From Myxococcota bacterium (GTDB lineage Bacteria; Myxococcota_A; Polyangia; Nannocystales; Nannocystaceae), in NCBI GenBank assembly GCA_039028615.1, contig JBCCHT010000007.1, forward strand, positions 160,001-224,000: a DNA stretch of 64,000 nucleotides, written 5' to 3'. The stretch's first letter is position 1; each line of letters opens with the position of its first letter. A program made the position numbers and the translations under genes. Of the stretch, positions 30,784 to 40,536 are shown piece after piece. The notes below the pieces were generated by a model that was not told the origin of the DNA, made no database searches, and worked only from the letters and a program-made list of their open reading frames with translations.

Positions 30784-31755
30784 ATGGGCGACGCCAAAGA
30801 AAATCCCACCAACGCCGTCGGAGGCCTACCTTTTTGGGCCCGGGACCGGGACGGCAACGTCCTCTTCTCCAACGTCCCGATCCGCCCCTCCGGGCAAAAG
30901 CCGAGCTTCATCCTCATTGGCGCGGCCAAGTCGGCCACGACCTCGCTGCACCAGTACCTCCAGCAGCACCCGGAGGTCTTCATGGCCGAGCCGAAGGAGC
31001 CGCACTTCTTCTCGACCGACGCGATCTACGAGCGCGGCATCGAGTGGTACGAGGGTCTGTTCGCCGACGCCAAAGAGGGCCAGATCTGCGGCGAGGCATC
31101 GACCTCCTATACCCGGCACCCCTACACGAGCGAGACGCCCAAGCGCATCCACGAGCACATCCCGGATGCCAAGCTCATCTACGTCGTTCGCGAGCCCGTC
31201 GCCCGCAGCGTGTCGGCCTGCATGTTCGCCTACAAGCGCGAGCGCTACTCGCTGAGCGAGGACAAGCTGCCCAAGTCGGTCGACGAGTTCATCGAGGAGT
31301 ACCAGATCATCTGGCGCACCAGCGAGTACATCCTGCAGATCCAGGAGTACTTGAAGTACTTCGATCGCGACAAACTGCTGGTCATCCTGCAAGACGACAT
31401 CGCCAAGAAGCCGGCCGAGACCCTGCGCCAGGTGTTCGAGTTCGTGGGGGCCGACCCCGACATCGCCATCGACACCTCGCGCCAGCACAACACCACCAAG
31501 GACTTCGTGCAGGGGGTCAAGAACGAGCGCGCGGGCGCCCTGGCCAACAAGATCCCCGGCTACTCCGTGCTCAAGCGCTTCATCCCCAAGACCGTGATTC
31601 AGCAGGTCAAGGGCATCGTGACCCGGCGCATCGACGCCGACGAGATGTTCACGCCGATGAGCGACGAGATGCGCGAGAAGCTGCGCCAGCACTTCATCCC
31701 GTTCAACGCGCAGCTCCGCGAGTTCCTCGGCCGCGACCTGCCCGGCTGGGACTGA
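30784..31755 (+). CDS. PAPS-dependent sulfotransferase
   Basis: 5'-PSB IGAAKSATTSL, KEPHFF, GEASTSY, 3'-PB VREPVARSVS. Confidence 0.92.
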   Translation: MGDAKENPTNAVGGLPFWARDRDGNVLFSNVPIRPSGQKPSFILIGAAKSATTSLHQYLQQHPEVFMAEPKEPHFFSTDAIYERGIEWYEGLFADAKEGQICGEASTSYTRHPYTSETPKRIHEHIPDAKLIYVVREPVARSVSACMFAYKRERYSLSEDKLPKSVDEFIEEYQIIWRTSEYILQIQEYLKYFDRDKLLVILQDDIAKKPAETLRQVFEFVGADPDIAIDTSRQHNTTKDFVQGVKNERAGALANKIPGYSVLKRFIPKTVIQQVKGIVTRRIDADEMFTPMSDEMREKLRQHFIPFNAQLREFLGRDLPGWD

Positions 31756-31887
31756 GCGGCCGAAGCGGCCCGCGGCCACGTGCCGGGCAAACCCACTCGC
31801 GCACGCGTCGTCGAACCATGCGTGGTTCGACACCGCGCGCGCTTTCGCGAACGTGCAATCATGCACGGATGAGGTGCTGGCCCTGCT

Positions 31888-33471
31888 TTGGTCTTGCGGT
31901 CGTGGCCGACGCCCGCGGCGAGTTCGTCGGGCCCATCGCTCTCGGGCACGGGGGTCGTCACCGCGACCGACGGCGGCTCGACGGGTCGCGAGGGCAGCGA
32001 GTCCAGCGGGGCGGTCGATTCAACCGGGGACGAATCCACGGGCCGGCCGATCGACGACTGCGGTGCGGGTGACGAGCCCGACCTGCGGGGCCTCGATACC
32101 GACGGCGATGGCATCGACGGCTCCGTGCCGTGCTCGGTGTTCGTCGACAGCAGCACGGGCGACGACACCAACGACGGGCTCACAATGGACACGCCGGTCG
32201 CCACCCTTAGCCGAGGCATCGAGCTCGCAGCCGACTCGGGCTCGTTCCTGGCGGTCCTGGTCACGGCCGGAACCTACGAGGAGTCGGTGAGCCTCGCGTC
32301 CGGCGTCGGCGTGTATGGAGGCTACGCGTCGGGCACGTGGACCCGCGACTTCGACCCCACGATCATCCAGAGCAACGAATCTCCCACCGTCGCCGCGTCC
32401 GCCCTCACCCTCCCCACGCGCCTCCAGGCGCTGACCATTCGCGGGCCGAACTTGGAGTCGGGCGGGCAGGCCTCGATCGCGGTGCTGGCCGTGGACATCG
32501 ATGAAGGCATGCTGTCCGTGGACGCCTGCACGATCGAAGGTGGCCAGGGAGGCGACGGAGAGGATGGGTTCGACGGCGCCGCCGGAGGCGACGGCAGCCT
32601 CGGAGGAGACTCGGCCTGCGGCATCATCGGCGGCAACCGAGGTACCGGCAACGTCTGCCCCAGCACCCCGGGTGACCCGAGCACGGATGGAGGACCGCTG
32701 GCCTCGGGAGGCCTCGGAGGAGCGCCGGGCATCAGCCACTGCGACGACGAGTGCAATGACGTCGGCACCGACGGCACCGAAGGCTCGCCCGGCACCGACG
32801 GCCCCCACGGCGTCGGCGGGACCGCGCCCGACGACTCGCTCGGGGCCTTCGATGTCGACGCGGCGTGGCTCGGCCCGCTGGGCAATCCGGCCACGGTCGG
32901 CGGCCACGGCGGGGGTGGTGGAGGCGGAGGCGCGGGAGGTCACGACGACGACCTCGACTTCGGCTGTGCCACCGTCGGCTTCAAGGTCGCGTTTGGTGGC
33001 CCGGGCGGCATCGGAGGTGGAGGCGGCTGCGGAGGCGAAGCAGAAACCTCCGGTACGCCGGGTGGCGCATCGATAGGGCTCGTGGCCGTGCGCTCGTTCG
33101 TCATCGTCGACGGCAGCTCGATCGTGCTCGGCACCGGAGGCGCGGGAGGCCACGGCGGTCACGGAGGCCACGGAGGCGTGGGCGGCAACGGAAGTCCGGG
33201 GGCGTCGGGCTTCAACGACGGTGGTGATGGGGCCGACGGCGGTGATGGAGGCGTCGGCGGAGGCGCGGGAGGCTGCGGCGGTGCGGCCATCGGCTTCGCC
33301 CGCGTCGGCTTCTCTAGCGTGATGGACATCGGCACCGACCTATCGGGCGGAACGACGGGCGCCCCCGGGCTCGGAGGCTCGGGCGGCACCGCGGGCGATG
33401 GCCAAACGACCGCGCCCGCGGGGGCCGATGGTTGCCCGGGCCTGGTCGAAGAACAGGCGGCCTATCCCTGA
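31888..33471 (+). CDS. DUF1565/beta-helix-like protein with Gly-rich (PGRS-like) C-terminus; N-terminus possibly frameshifted
   Basis: VFVDSSTGDDTNDG...PVATLSRGI...AGTYEE...GVGVYGGY; GGxGGxG repeats. Confidence 0.7.
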   Translation: MVLRSWPTPAASSSGPSLSGTGVVTATDGGSTGREGSESSGAVDSTGDESTGRPIDDCGAGDEPDLRGLDTDGDGIDGSVPCSVFVDSSTGDDTNDGLTMDTPVATLSRGIELAADSGSFLAVLVTAGTYEESVSLASGVGVYGGYASGTWTRDFDPTIIQSNESPTVAASALTLPTRLQALTIRGPNLESGGQASIAVLAVDIDEGMLSVDACTIEGGQGGDGEDGFDGAAGGDGSLGGDSACGIIGGNRGTGNVCPSTPGDPSTDGGPLASGGLGGAPGISHCDDECNDVGTDGTEGSPGTDGPHGVGGTAPDDSLGAFDVDAAWLGPLGNPATVGGHGGGGGGGGAGGHDDDLDFGCATVGFKVAFGGPGGIGGGGGCGGEAETSGTPGGASIGLVAVRSFVIVDGSSIVLGTGGAGGHGGHGGHGGVGGNGSPGASGFNDGGDGADGGDGGVGGGAGGCGGAAIGFARVGFSSVMDIGTDLSGGTTGAPGLGGSGGTAGDGQTTAPAGADGCPGLVEEQAAYP

Positions 33472-33508
33472 CCCGACCGCCGCCTGTCCTGCGTGCTAGC
33501 CTCGTCCA

Positions 33509-34762
33509 ATGGCTTATCGTTGGATTGTCGTAGGGCTCGGGCTGGTGTGCGGAGGTGGGTGTGGCAGCTCTGCGCCTCCGCTGGACTCGGGTGGTAGTGG
33601 AGGCACGGAAAGCGACACCGGGGACCCTGGGGCCACGCTGGCCGACGAAACGGGCGACGACGACGGCGACGCCGAACCAGGCCCCCCGCGGCCCGTTTGC
33701 CAGCTCGAGAGCAGCTGGCACGAGACGGCACCGATGGTCGCGCCCCAAGTCAGCCCCGCGTTGATCGGCTGGCCGGAGGGCGGCGTGCTCGCGACGGGGG
33801 GTCACGGAGACACGTGCGACTCCCTCGACGAGGTCCCCACCGCCGCGGTGCAGCACTACGACCCCACGACCGACACCTGGTCCGCAATGCCCGAGCTGCT
33901 CGGTCCGCGAGTCCGTCACGCGGTCGTCGACGTCGAGGGTGTGATCATGGTGCTTGGAGGCTTCGATGGCCGTGGCTCCGCGCTGGCGACGACGGAGCGA
34001 CTCGACCCCGTCGCCGACGCGTGGGTGGCCGGTACCCCGCTGCCCCTCGCGATCGAGCATCCCGTCGCGCTGGCCATCGACGCGCGCGTGCTGGTGATCG
34101 GTCGCTCGGTCGACGACGGCTACGTCGCCTTTCGCTCGTCCGACGGGGGCGAATCGTGGCAGCCGGCCGCATCGGCACACAGCTTTGCCGCGCGGCTACT
34201 GCCGTGGGCCGACACGATGATCCTCGTCGGGACCTCCGTGGGTACCCGAGCCAAGATCTACGACTGGTCCGCGGATGCCTGGGAGGACGCGCCTCCCGAT
34301 GTAGTGCCGCACTCCCAGTGGGACACGGGCGCCAGCAACGTCCTCAACGCATCCGCGCTCATCGACACCGACCAGCTATTCGTCCTGGGCACGACGGGCG
34401 GCTCGCACCCGGAGATCGGACAGCAAGGCTACGCCGCGTTGCTCGAGCCCCCATCGAAGGCGTGGGTGGGCGGCGCCGAGGGCCCGTTCCTCGGCGATAG
34501 CAACTTCGCGACGGGGATCGGCTTCGCGCCGGGCTGGGTGCTCGTCCACCGCGGCAGCGACTGGACGTGGGCCGACGTCTACAGCCGCGATGACGATGCG
34601 TGGTGCGGCACGGCGAGCAACGAATCGCCCCTGCGTCGCCACCGGGGCATCGCATTGGGCGATGGTGCGGTGCTCTTCGCCGGAGGGCGGCAAGTCGATT
34701 CCAACTGTGCCTCCGACCGCGCTTTCGTGTGGACGCCGATGCTCGAGACGACTAGCGAGTGA
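33509..34762 (+). CDS. Kelch-repeat lipoprotein
   Basis: VLATGG...YDPTTDTW, MVLGG...LDPVADAW, VLFAGG repeats; signal peptide ending in Cys. Confidence 0.8.
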   Translation: MAYRWIVVGLGLVCGGGCGSSAPPLDSGGSGGTESDTGDPGATLADETGDDDGDAEPGPPRPVCQLESSWHETAPMVAPQVSPALIGWPEGGVLATGGHGDTCDSLDEVPTAAVQHYDPTTDTWSAMPELLGPRVRHAVVDVEGVIMVLGGFDGRGSALATTERLDPVADAWVAGTPLPLAIEHPVALAIDARVLVIGRSVDDGYVAFRSSDGGESWQPAASAHSFAARLLPWADTMILVGTSVGTRAKIYDWSADAWEDAPPDVVPHSQWDTGASNVLNASALIDTDQLFVLGTTGGSHPEIGQQGYAALLEPPSKAWVGGAEGPFLGDSNFATGIGFAPGWVLVHRGSDWTWADVYSRDDDAWCGTASNESPLRRHRGIALGDGAVLFAGGRQVDSNCASDRAFVWTPMLETTSE

Positions 34763-35924
34763 TCGGCTCGCGCGAGCAATCGCCTTCGCTCCACACGATC
34801 GGTGTCCCCGTGTCGATCACCTCGAAATCCGTCCACGACAGCGCCTTGAGGTCGTGAGGGCCGAACTCCACCTCTGCCCAGCTCGCGGTGGTGAAGTCGT
34901 CCGAGGCCGCGGTGAATGTGATGTTGCCGGCATCCGCCAACACGATGCCGTAGCGCTGCATCGCCTCGGCCACCACCGTCGCCGCAGGAGACAGCCCGGA
35001 CAGATCGGCATCCGCGCGGAGGCGCAGCCGGGCCGAGTAGGGTGGAGCCTCGGCCGGACCCGAGGTCGCGGGGGTGGAGTGCGTCCCCGGGCGTACGTAG
35101 ATGTCGTCGCGGATGTTCGCGTTGGGCACGATGAAACGAATCGCGTGGGCGATCTCGCCGCTGGCCACCTCGTCGGCGGTGAAGGTCAGCGCGGCGATGG
35201 GCAGGCCCGATGCGTCGGCGCTGGTGCAGTAGTCACCGCGCAGCGTCTCGTCGTAGTCGCGATCGAGGTCCCACACCGCCAGGCATCCGCCCTGGTACGC
35301 ACCCGAGCCCGCAAAGTCGGCCCGCCACTGCTCGTAGAGCCGACACTCTTCGCGGTCGATCACGATGAGGTGGCAGTCGCCGCCGCCATCGCAGGTGTAG
35401 CCCTTCTCCCCCTCGAGGTGCCCGCCCTCGGGTACGGGGACCGGGGCGGGGTCGCAATCTGGGCTGAAGAAGTCCCCCGTGGGCGTGAACATCTCGCGCG
35501 GGGTCTCGGAGTCCGCCTCCTGGATGGTGAGCGAGAAGTCGACCTGAAACCCCACGTCGGGATCGATGTTGGCCTCCAGGTAGTTCACCACCGCCTCGGA
35601 ATCCGCGGCGACCGGAGCCTCGGTGATGTCCGTGTTCCACGGCATCGACGGCCCGAACAGCTGCCCCGGCGCATTGCCGCATGCATCTCCCGGGACATCC
35701 GTGTCCGTGCCTTCGTCGGAGGTGGCGGGCTCGGTGCCCTGGGAGGTCGAGGTGTCGTCGGCCACATCGGAGGTGGACGCGGTGCTCGAATCTGTGGACA
35801 CGGGCTCGGTCCCGTCGGTGGCCGTGGAAGAGCCGCCCGCGGTCGTGCCATCGCCCTCGGTACCGCCTCCGCATCCGAACGAAACCACGACCACGCACAC
35901 TACGGTGTATCGACGCCAAGCCAT
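34752..35924 (-). CDS. Hypothetical lipoprotein with globular domain
   Basis: Lipobox VSFGC, S/T linker; GDCHLIVID, SADASGLP, HAIRF motifs. Confidence 0.7.
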   Translation of the reverse strand: MAWRRYTVVCVVVVSFGCGGGTEGDGTTAGGSSTATDGTEPVSTDSSTASTSDVADDTSTSQGTEPATSDEGTDTDVPGDACGNAPGQLFGPSMPWNTDITEAPVAADSEAVVNYLEANIDPDVGFQVDFSLTIQEADSETPREMFTPTGDFFSPDCDPAPVPVPEGGHLEGEKGYTCDGGGDCHLIVIDREECRLYEQWRADFAGSGAYQGGCLAVWDLDRDYDETLRGDYCTSADASGLPIAALTFTADEVASGEIAHAIRFIVPNANIRDDIYVRPGTHSTPATSGPAEAPPYSARLRLRADADLSGLSPAATVVAEAMQRYGIVLADAGNITFTAASDDFTTASWAEVEFGPHDLKALSWTDFEVIDTGTPIVWSEGDCSREPITR

Positions 35925-35957
35925 GCGCCCATCGTAGCGCGTCCTCGCGGCGTCGAC

Positions 35958-37109
35958 CTACGGTTCGGGGCGCTGGAACCAGTCGACGCCGCACGCGATC
36001 GCATGGCGCTCGAGCGCCACGTCCAGCGCATCGACATCGAGCTGGCGATCGTCCTGACGCCAGATGCGGTCGATGACCAGGCCTCCGTCGCGCACGCGCC
36101 CCTCGAGCCGCCCCACCAACTGCCCGCGATGGAGCAAGGGACACACGTACCAGCCCCACCGACGCTTGGCCGCGGGCTTGTAGACCTCCCAGATGTACTC
36201 GAAGCCGAAGACCTGAGCGACGAGTTTTCGGTCCCACAGCACGGGGTCCAGCGGCCCCAGGATGCGCATGCGCCCGTCGTCGCGCCGACGCGGACGATCG
36301 AAGGACCCCTGCGGGGCGAGGTAGGTACGGCGCGACCCCGCGACCTGCACCCACTCGAGCTTCCCTTGCTCGATCAACCGATCGGGCAACGAGGACTTGA
36401 AGACCGGCTCGAGCATCGACCAACACGGCCCGGTGGCGCGCGCGAGTAGGCCCGCCGCCTCGACGCGCTCCATCAACGCCCACTCCCCGAACGACTGCGT
36501 CGCCTCGCGGGTGGCCTCGGCGGGCAAGCACCGCGAGGGCAGGTCGTAGCGCTTGGTCCCGCCGCTACGCTCGACCACCACCACCCGGCAGCGATTGCAC
36601 AAGATCTCCAGCGCCATCGAGGTCATGGAGGAAGTGCCCTTCCACCCCGACCAGTCGTTGGGGATCACCGTGCCGTGGTCGCTGAGCTCAGCCGACGTGC
36701 TGGGACCGCGCTGTTCGATCTCGGCCACGATCGCGTCCAGCACCTGCGGTGGGACCTGTCGCGTCTTTCGGCTGAGTCTCCACCAGGGGTTCGCGGCCGC
36801 TTCCTCGCGATAAAACGGAAACGCGCTCGCGGGGAGCAAGCAGCGCTCCTTAGCGAAGTGCTCGAACCCGTGGCCACTCAGGCACGCCCGGTAGACGTCA
36901 CCTCGTTCGATGTCGTCCACTCGCGCCAAGGCGACGAGATCGGCGTTGGTCCCCATGGGGTCGAGCGGATCGAGCTGAATACAGCGCAGGGACTTCAGCA
37001 CCGCACGAATGCCCGCCAGACCACGCCGCGCGTTCATGCGGCGCAGGCCCAGCTGCGTCAGCAAGAAGACACGGGCCTGCTCGGGGCTGATGACGCGAGG
37101 CTTCGACAC
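35958..37109 (-). CDS. YcaQ/AlkZ-family (HTH_42) crosslink-repair DNA glycosylase
   Basis: IQLDP (QxD), LGPLDPVLWDR, FGFEYIWEVYKPAAKRRWGWY. Confidence 0.88.
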   Translation of the reverse strand: MSKPRVISPEQARVFLLTQLGLRRMNARRGLAGIRAVLKSLRCIQLDPLDPMGTNADLVALARVDDIERGDVYRACLSGHGFEHFAKERCLLPASAFPFYREEAAANPWWRLSRKTRQVPPQVLDAIVAEIEQRGPSTSAELSDHGTVIPNDWSGWKGTSSMTSMALEILCNRCRVVVVERSGGTKRYDLPSRCLPAEATREATQSFGEWALMERVEAAGLLARATGPCWSMLEPVFKSSLPDRLIEQGKLEWVQVAGSRRTYLAPQGSFDRPRRRDDGRMRILGPLDPVLWDRKLVAQVFGFEYIWEVYKPAAKRRWGWYVCPLLHRGQLVGRLEGRVRDGGLVIDRIWRQDDRQLDVDALDVALERHAIACGVDWFQRPEP

Positions 37110-37116
37110 GAGGGAC

Positions 37117-39084
37117 TCAGTCGGTGGCTTCGGCTTCGCCTTCGCCATCGGCTTCGGCCTCGGCCTTCGGTGCCTCGCCCCAGTCGTTGCGCAGGGTCTC
37201 GGCGTCGACGGTCATCGGGTAGCGGCGCAGGTTCTCGGCCTCGTAGATGGCATGGCTCTCGGGGCCGCCCACGAACGCGATCTTGTCGGCGAGGTCGGGT
37301 CGGTTGTTGGCCACCCAGTTGAACAAGCGCTCGGGATCGCCATCCTCGGGCAAGATCGCGAGCACCAGGTGCACCGAGGCGCCGCCGCCCAGGTGTTGGC
37401 CGGCCACGCCCTGGCCCATGGTCTCGGCGTGACCCAGAGCCCCCGCCGCCTCGAGCACGGGCAGGGCCGCATCCTGCGCGGGGCCGTCGGCCACGATGAC
37501 CACGTCGATCACGGTCTCGGTTGCGCGCCCCCGCAGCTTGTTGGTGATGGCTTCGAACAGCACGCCCATCTGCGAGCGATCGTCGGCGGTGAGGAACACC
37601 CGCCACGCGACGAAACCGAGCACGCCGATGAAGGGCGTGCCCCACAGGACGATGTCGAACAGCGCCCCGTAGCGCGACATCTCGGCGGCACCGTCCTCGG
37701 CCCCGAGCATCTGGCGAGCGGAGTAGATGGCCCCGCCCAGCGTGGCAATGATCCCCATGAGCCAGGGGATCCGCGTGCCTCGGAGATATTCGCCCCAGGT
37801 CATGCCCGCAAAGCGGAAATACGCCCACAGGTACCAGAAGGTACTGAGCGTCTGAGAGACGAGGCGCGAGTAGATGAGGCCCGCGAAGCCGTAGGCGGGC
37901 CCCAACGGGATGACCATCAGCACGAGGATGCCCGTGTTGATCATCGCCCGCGTGAACTCGAGGCCGACCTTGCCCTGCGAGCGTAGGCTCGAGGAGACGA
38001 TGGAGGTCAGCAGGACGACGGCATCGCCGAAGGCCATGGTGCGCAGGGCCCAGGCGGCATCGGGCACGCTCTCGCCCGTCCACACCAGCAGCGCCTCGGG
38101 GGCAAAGAGCGCGAGGAAGGCGAACGAGGTGCCGCCCATGAACGCGTCGGCCTTGGAGCCCTTGAGGAACAGCATGCGCTCGCGCAAGCGCTCGCCGCCC
38201 GCCCGCAGGCTGGCGAACGCGGGCAGCAGCGGCGCGATGACGGCCTCGGATGCGGTCTTGCCCAGGCGGATCAGCTTGTCGGCGAGTTCGTAGATGCCCA
38301 CCCACTCCACGCCCATCAGCCAGGACAGCAGCAGCTTGATGCTCTGCAGCACCACGGTGTTGACCACCGAGAGCATCTGGAAGCGCCCGCCGACCGAGAT
38401 GATCTTGCGCAGACCGTCGCGCGAGATGTAGCGCGGCGAGATGTGTACCTGCGGCAGGCGGCGGCGCACCATCGAGTAGGCCGCGATGTTGATCACCACC
38501 TGGCCCACCCCCACGCCCACCGCGAGGCCGAGCAGGCCGTGGCCCATCAGCAGCAGCGGGAGCGAGACCGCGAACTCGACCATCGAGGCGAGCACGTAGA
38601 GGCGGTAGGTGAGGTCGATGCGCTGGAGCCCGGCGAGCACCTCGAGGGTGCAGCCGACCGTCATGCGGAGCAGGACGGTAAAGATGATCACCACCAGAGC
38701 GATCGCGGCATCCGGGGCGAGCTCGGCCGGGACTCGCAGCGCGAGCAGTAGCGCTTCGCCCCACCACCAGGCGACCCCGAGGCCGATCACCCCAATGGGT
38801 GTGACGAGGGCGATCCCCGATCCGATGATGTGGGTCAGCTCGTCGTAAGTGCCCTTACGGACGCACTCGGCCGTGAACTTCGTGTACGCGAGCCCGAGGC
38901 TTGCGTTCGACATTTGAACGTAAGCCGCAACGCTGAAGACGAGCGTCCAGACACCGTAGCCCGGCAGCCCGATCGCTCCGATGATCACCGGGGTCAGGAT
39001 GAAGCGCGACAAAATGCGCCACAGCTGGGCGGCGCCACCCGTGAGCGAGCTTCGAGCCAGGGTCTTGATGTTGATCGCGGTCAC
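37117..39084 (-). CDS. Wzx-type oligosaccharide flippase with extra C-terminal alpha/beta domain
   Basis: TPVII..IG..GYGVW, LG.AYTKF, VGIYELA; about 14 TMs; ~130-aa soluble tail. Confidence 0.85.
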   Translation of the reverse strand: MTAINIKTLARSSLTGGAAQLWRILSRFILTPVIIGAIGLPGYGVWTLVFSVAAYVQMSNASLGLAYTKFTAECVRKGTYDELTHIIGSGIALVTPIGVIGLGVAWWWGEALLLALRVPAELAPDAAIALVVIIFTVLLRMTVGCTLEVLAGLQRIDLTYRLYVLASMVEFAVSLPLLLMGHGLLGLAVGVGVGQVVINIAAYSMVRRRLPQVHISPRYISRDGLRKIISVGGRFQMLSVVNTVVLQSIKLLLSWLMGVEWVGIYELADKLIRLGKTASEAVIAPLLPAFASLRAGGERLRERMLFLKGSKADAFMGGTSFAFLALFAPEALLVWTGESVPDAAWALRTMAFGDAVVLLTSIVSSSLRSQGKVGLEFTRAMINTGILVLMVIPLGPAYGFAGLIYSRLVSQTLSTFWYLWAYFRFAGMTWGEYLRGTRIPWLMGIIATLGGAIYSARQMLGAEDGAAEMSRYGALFDIVLWGTPFIGVLGFVAWRVFLTADDRSQMGVLFEAITNKLRGRATETVIDVVIVADGPAQDAALPVLEAAGALGHAETMGQGVAGQHLGGGASVHLVLAILPEDGDPERLFNWVANNRPDLADKIAFVGGPESHAIYEAENLRRYPMTVDAETLRNDWGEAPKAEAEADGEGEAEATD

Positions 39085-39324
39085 GGGTGCACGACGAGAG
39101 TCCCGGGCCTGACGAAGGTCGTCAAGTCGACTCGCGTTTTACCCTTTCAGTGCCAACGAACGCGCGAGTCCTCGCACACGGAAGAGACCCCCTCAGTTGC
39201 CGCAACCGCGTCGTGACACCTCACGTGAAACCGGCTCGCGAAGACGCAGGTCGATGCTGCATCTGTCGGTCCTCATGCTAGGACGTGCGCCTCGGAGCGG
39301 GGGACTCCACCAGAAAGATCCACG

Positions 39325-40434
39325 ATGAAACTGCGTCTGTTTGCGTTCTTGATCCCGGGCCTGATCTCCGTCGGCTGTGCGACCGAAGAGGTCGACAACG
39401 AGCGGCTCGAAAACCGCGCGGCTGCGTTCGGAAGCTGCGTGCCCGATGACTGCGGCGGCCAATCGACCAGCGGCTCCTGCTACTGCGACTCCCTGTGCAG
39501 CTTCTATGGTGACTGCTGCGGCAACTACGAGGCCACCTGCGACGGCGACGATCCGCTGCCCGAGCCCGAGCCCGAGCCCGAGTTGTGCCTGCAGGACGAC
39601 GCCTGCGACGCGGGCGAGGTCTGTGACATGAGCGTCTGCCTGTCCAACTGCCCCGACGGCGGAATCTGCCCGGCGGTGTGCTGGGGCCAGTGCCTCGAGT
39701 CCGACGCCCAGTTCTGCGGCGGCTTCGCGGGCATCGAGTGCCCCGAGGGTCAGGTTTGCGTCGACAACCCCAACGACGACTGCGATCCCGCCAACGGCGG
39801 AGCCGACTGCGGTGGCTTCTGCGAGGACGCCCCCGTGCTCGACCTGTGCCTGCAGGACAGCGGCTGCGAGGCGGGCGAGGTCTGCGACATGAGCGTCTGC
39901 CACTCCAACTGCCCCGACGGCATGATCTGCCCCGCGGTGTGCTGGGGTGAGTGCGTCGAGTCCGACGCTCAGTTCTGTGGCGGCTTCGCGGGCATCGAGT
40001 GCCCCGAGGGCCAGGTCTGCGTCGACAACCCCAACGACGACTGCGATCCCGCCAACGGCGGAGCCGACTGCGGTGGCTTCTGCGAGGACGCCCCCGAGCC
40101 CGCCCCCAACAGCTGCGAGGGTAGCTGTGGCGAGCAGGCGGCCGGCGGCTGCTGGTGCGACGACCTGTGCACCACCTACGGCGACTGCTGCGACGACGTC
40201 GAGGTCGCGTGCAACGGCGGCACCGAGTGTGGCGACGAGGTCTGCAGCGCGAACGAGACCTGCGTGACCAACTACACCCAGCTCGGCCCCAACCGCAGCT
40301 GCGAGACCATCGACGCTTCGTGCGACGGCACCGCGAGCTGCGACTGCATGGGCGACGCCTGCGTGGCGCCGTTCGACACCTGCAGCACCGACGAGCAGAC
40401 GGGCGGCCTCGCCTGCTACTGCATCGCCTGCTAG
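39325..40434 (+). CDS. Cys-rich lipoprotein with two somatomedin-B-like modules and an internal 87-aa duplication
   Basis: Lipobox ISVGC; CYCDSLCSFYGDCCGNY and CWCDDLCTTYGDCCDD. Confidence 0.82.
   Translation: MKLRLFAFLIPGLISVGCATEEVDNERLENRAAAFGSCVPDDCGGQSTSGSCYCDSLCSFYGDCCGNYEATCDGDDPLPEPEPEPELCLQDDACDAGEVCDMSVCLSNCPDGGICPAVCWGQCLESDAQFCGGFAGIECPEGQVCVDNPNDDCDPANGGADCGGFCEDAPVLDLCLQDSGCEAGEVCDMSVCHSNCPDGMICPAVCWGECVESDAQFCGGFAGIECPEGQVCVDNPNDDCDPANGGADCGGFCEDAPEPAPNSCEGSCGEQAAGGCWCDDLCTTYGDCCDDVEVACNGGTECGDEVCSANETCVTNYTQLGPNRSCETIDASCDGTASCDCMGDACVAPFDTCSTDEQTGGLACYCIAC
39583..40095 (+). repeat. Tandem direct repeat, period 261 bp, two copies
   Basis: 39583-39834 and 39844-40095 both encode LCLQD..C.AGEVCDMSVC...GGADCGGFCEDAP with high DNA identity. 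Confidence 0.92.
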
Positions 40435-40449
40435 TGCGATGAACGACGC

Positions 40450-40517
40450 GGGCCTCGGGCATCGCCTGCCCGAGGCCCTCGGATGCCCCGCGCGGTCTTC
40501 GGACCGCTCGGGGTTTT
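40450..40517 (+). terminator. Double hairpin; the second has a C(UUCG)G loop and U-tract (intrinsic terminator)
   Basis: gggcctcgggca-tcgcc-tgcccgaggccc, then ccccgcgcggtc-ttcg-gaccgctcgggg-tttt, between convergent genes. Confidence 0.75.
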
Positions 40518-40536
40518 CACGTTTCGAAGGCGGCTG

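Noticed and set aside
35958..37148. Functional link between the YcaQ-like glycosylase and the adjacent flippase
   Set aside because: Only adjacency supports it; no mechanistic connection is evident.
39140..39164. Sigma54 promoter (TTGGCAC on the minus strand)
   Set aside because: No TTGC -12 element at the required spacing.
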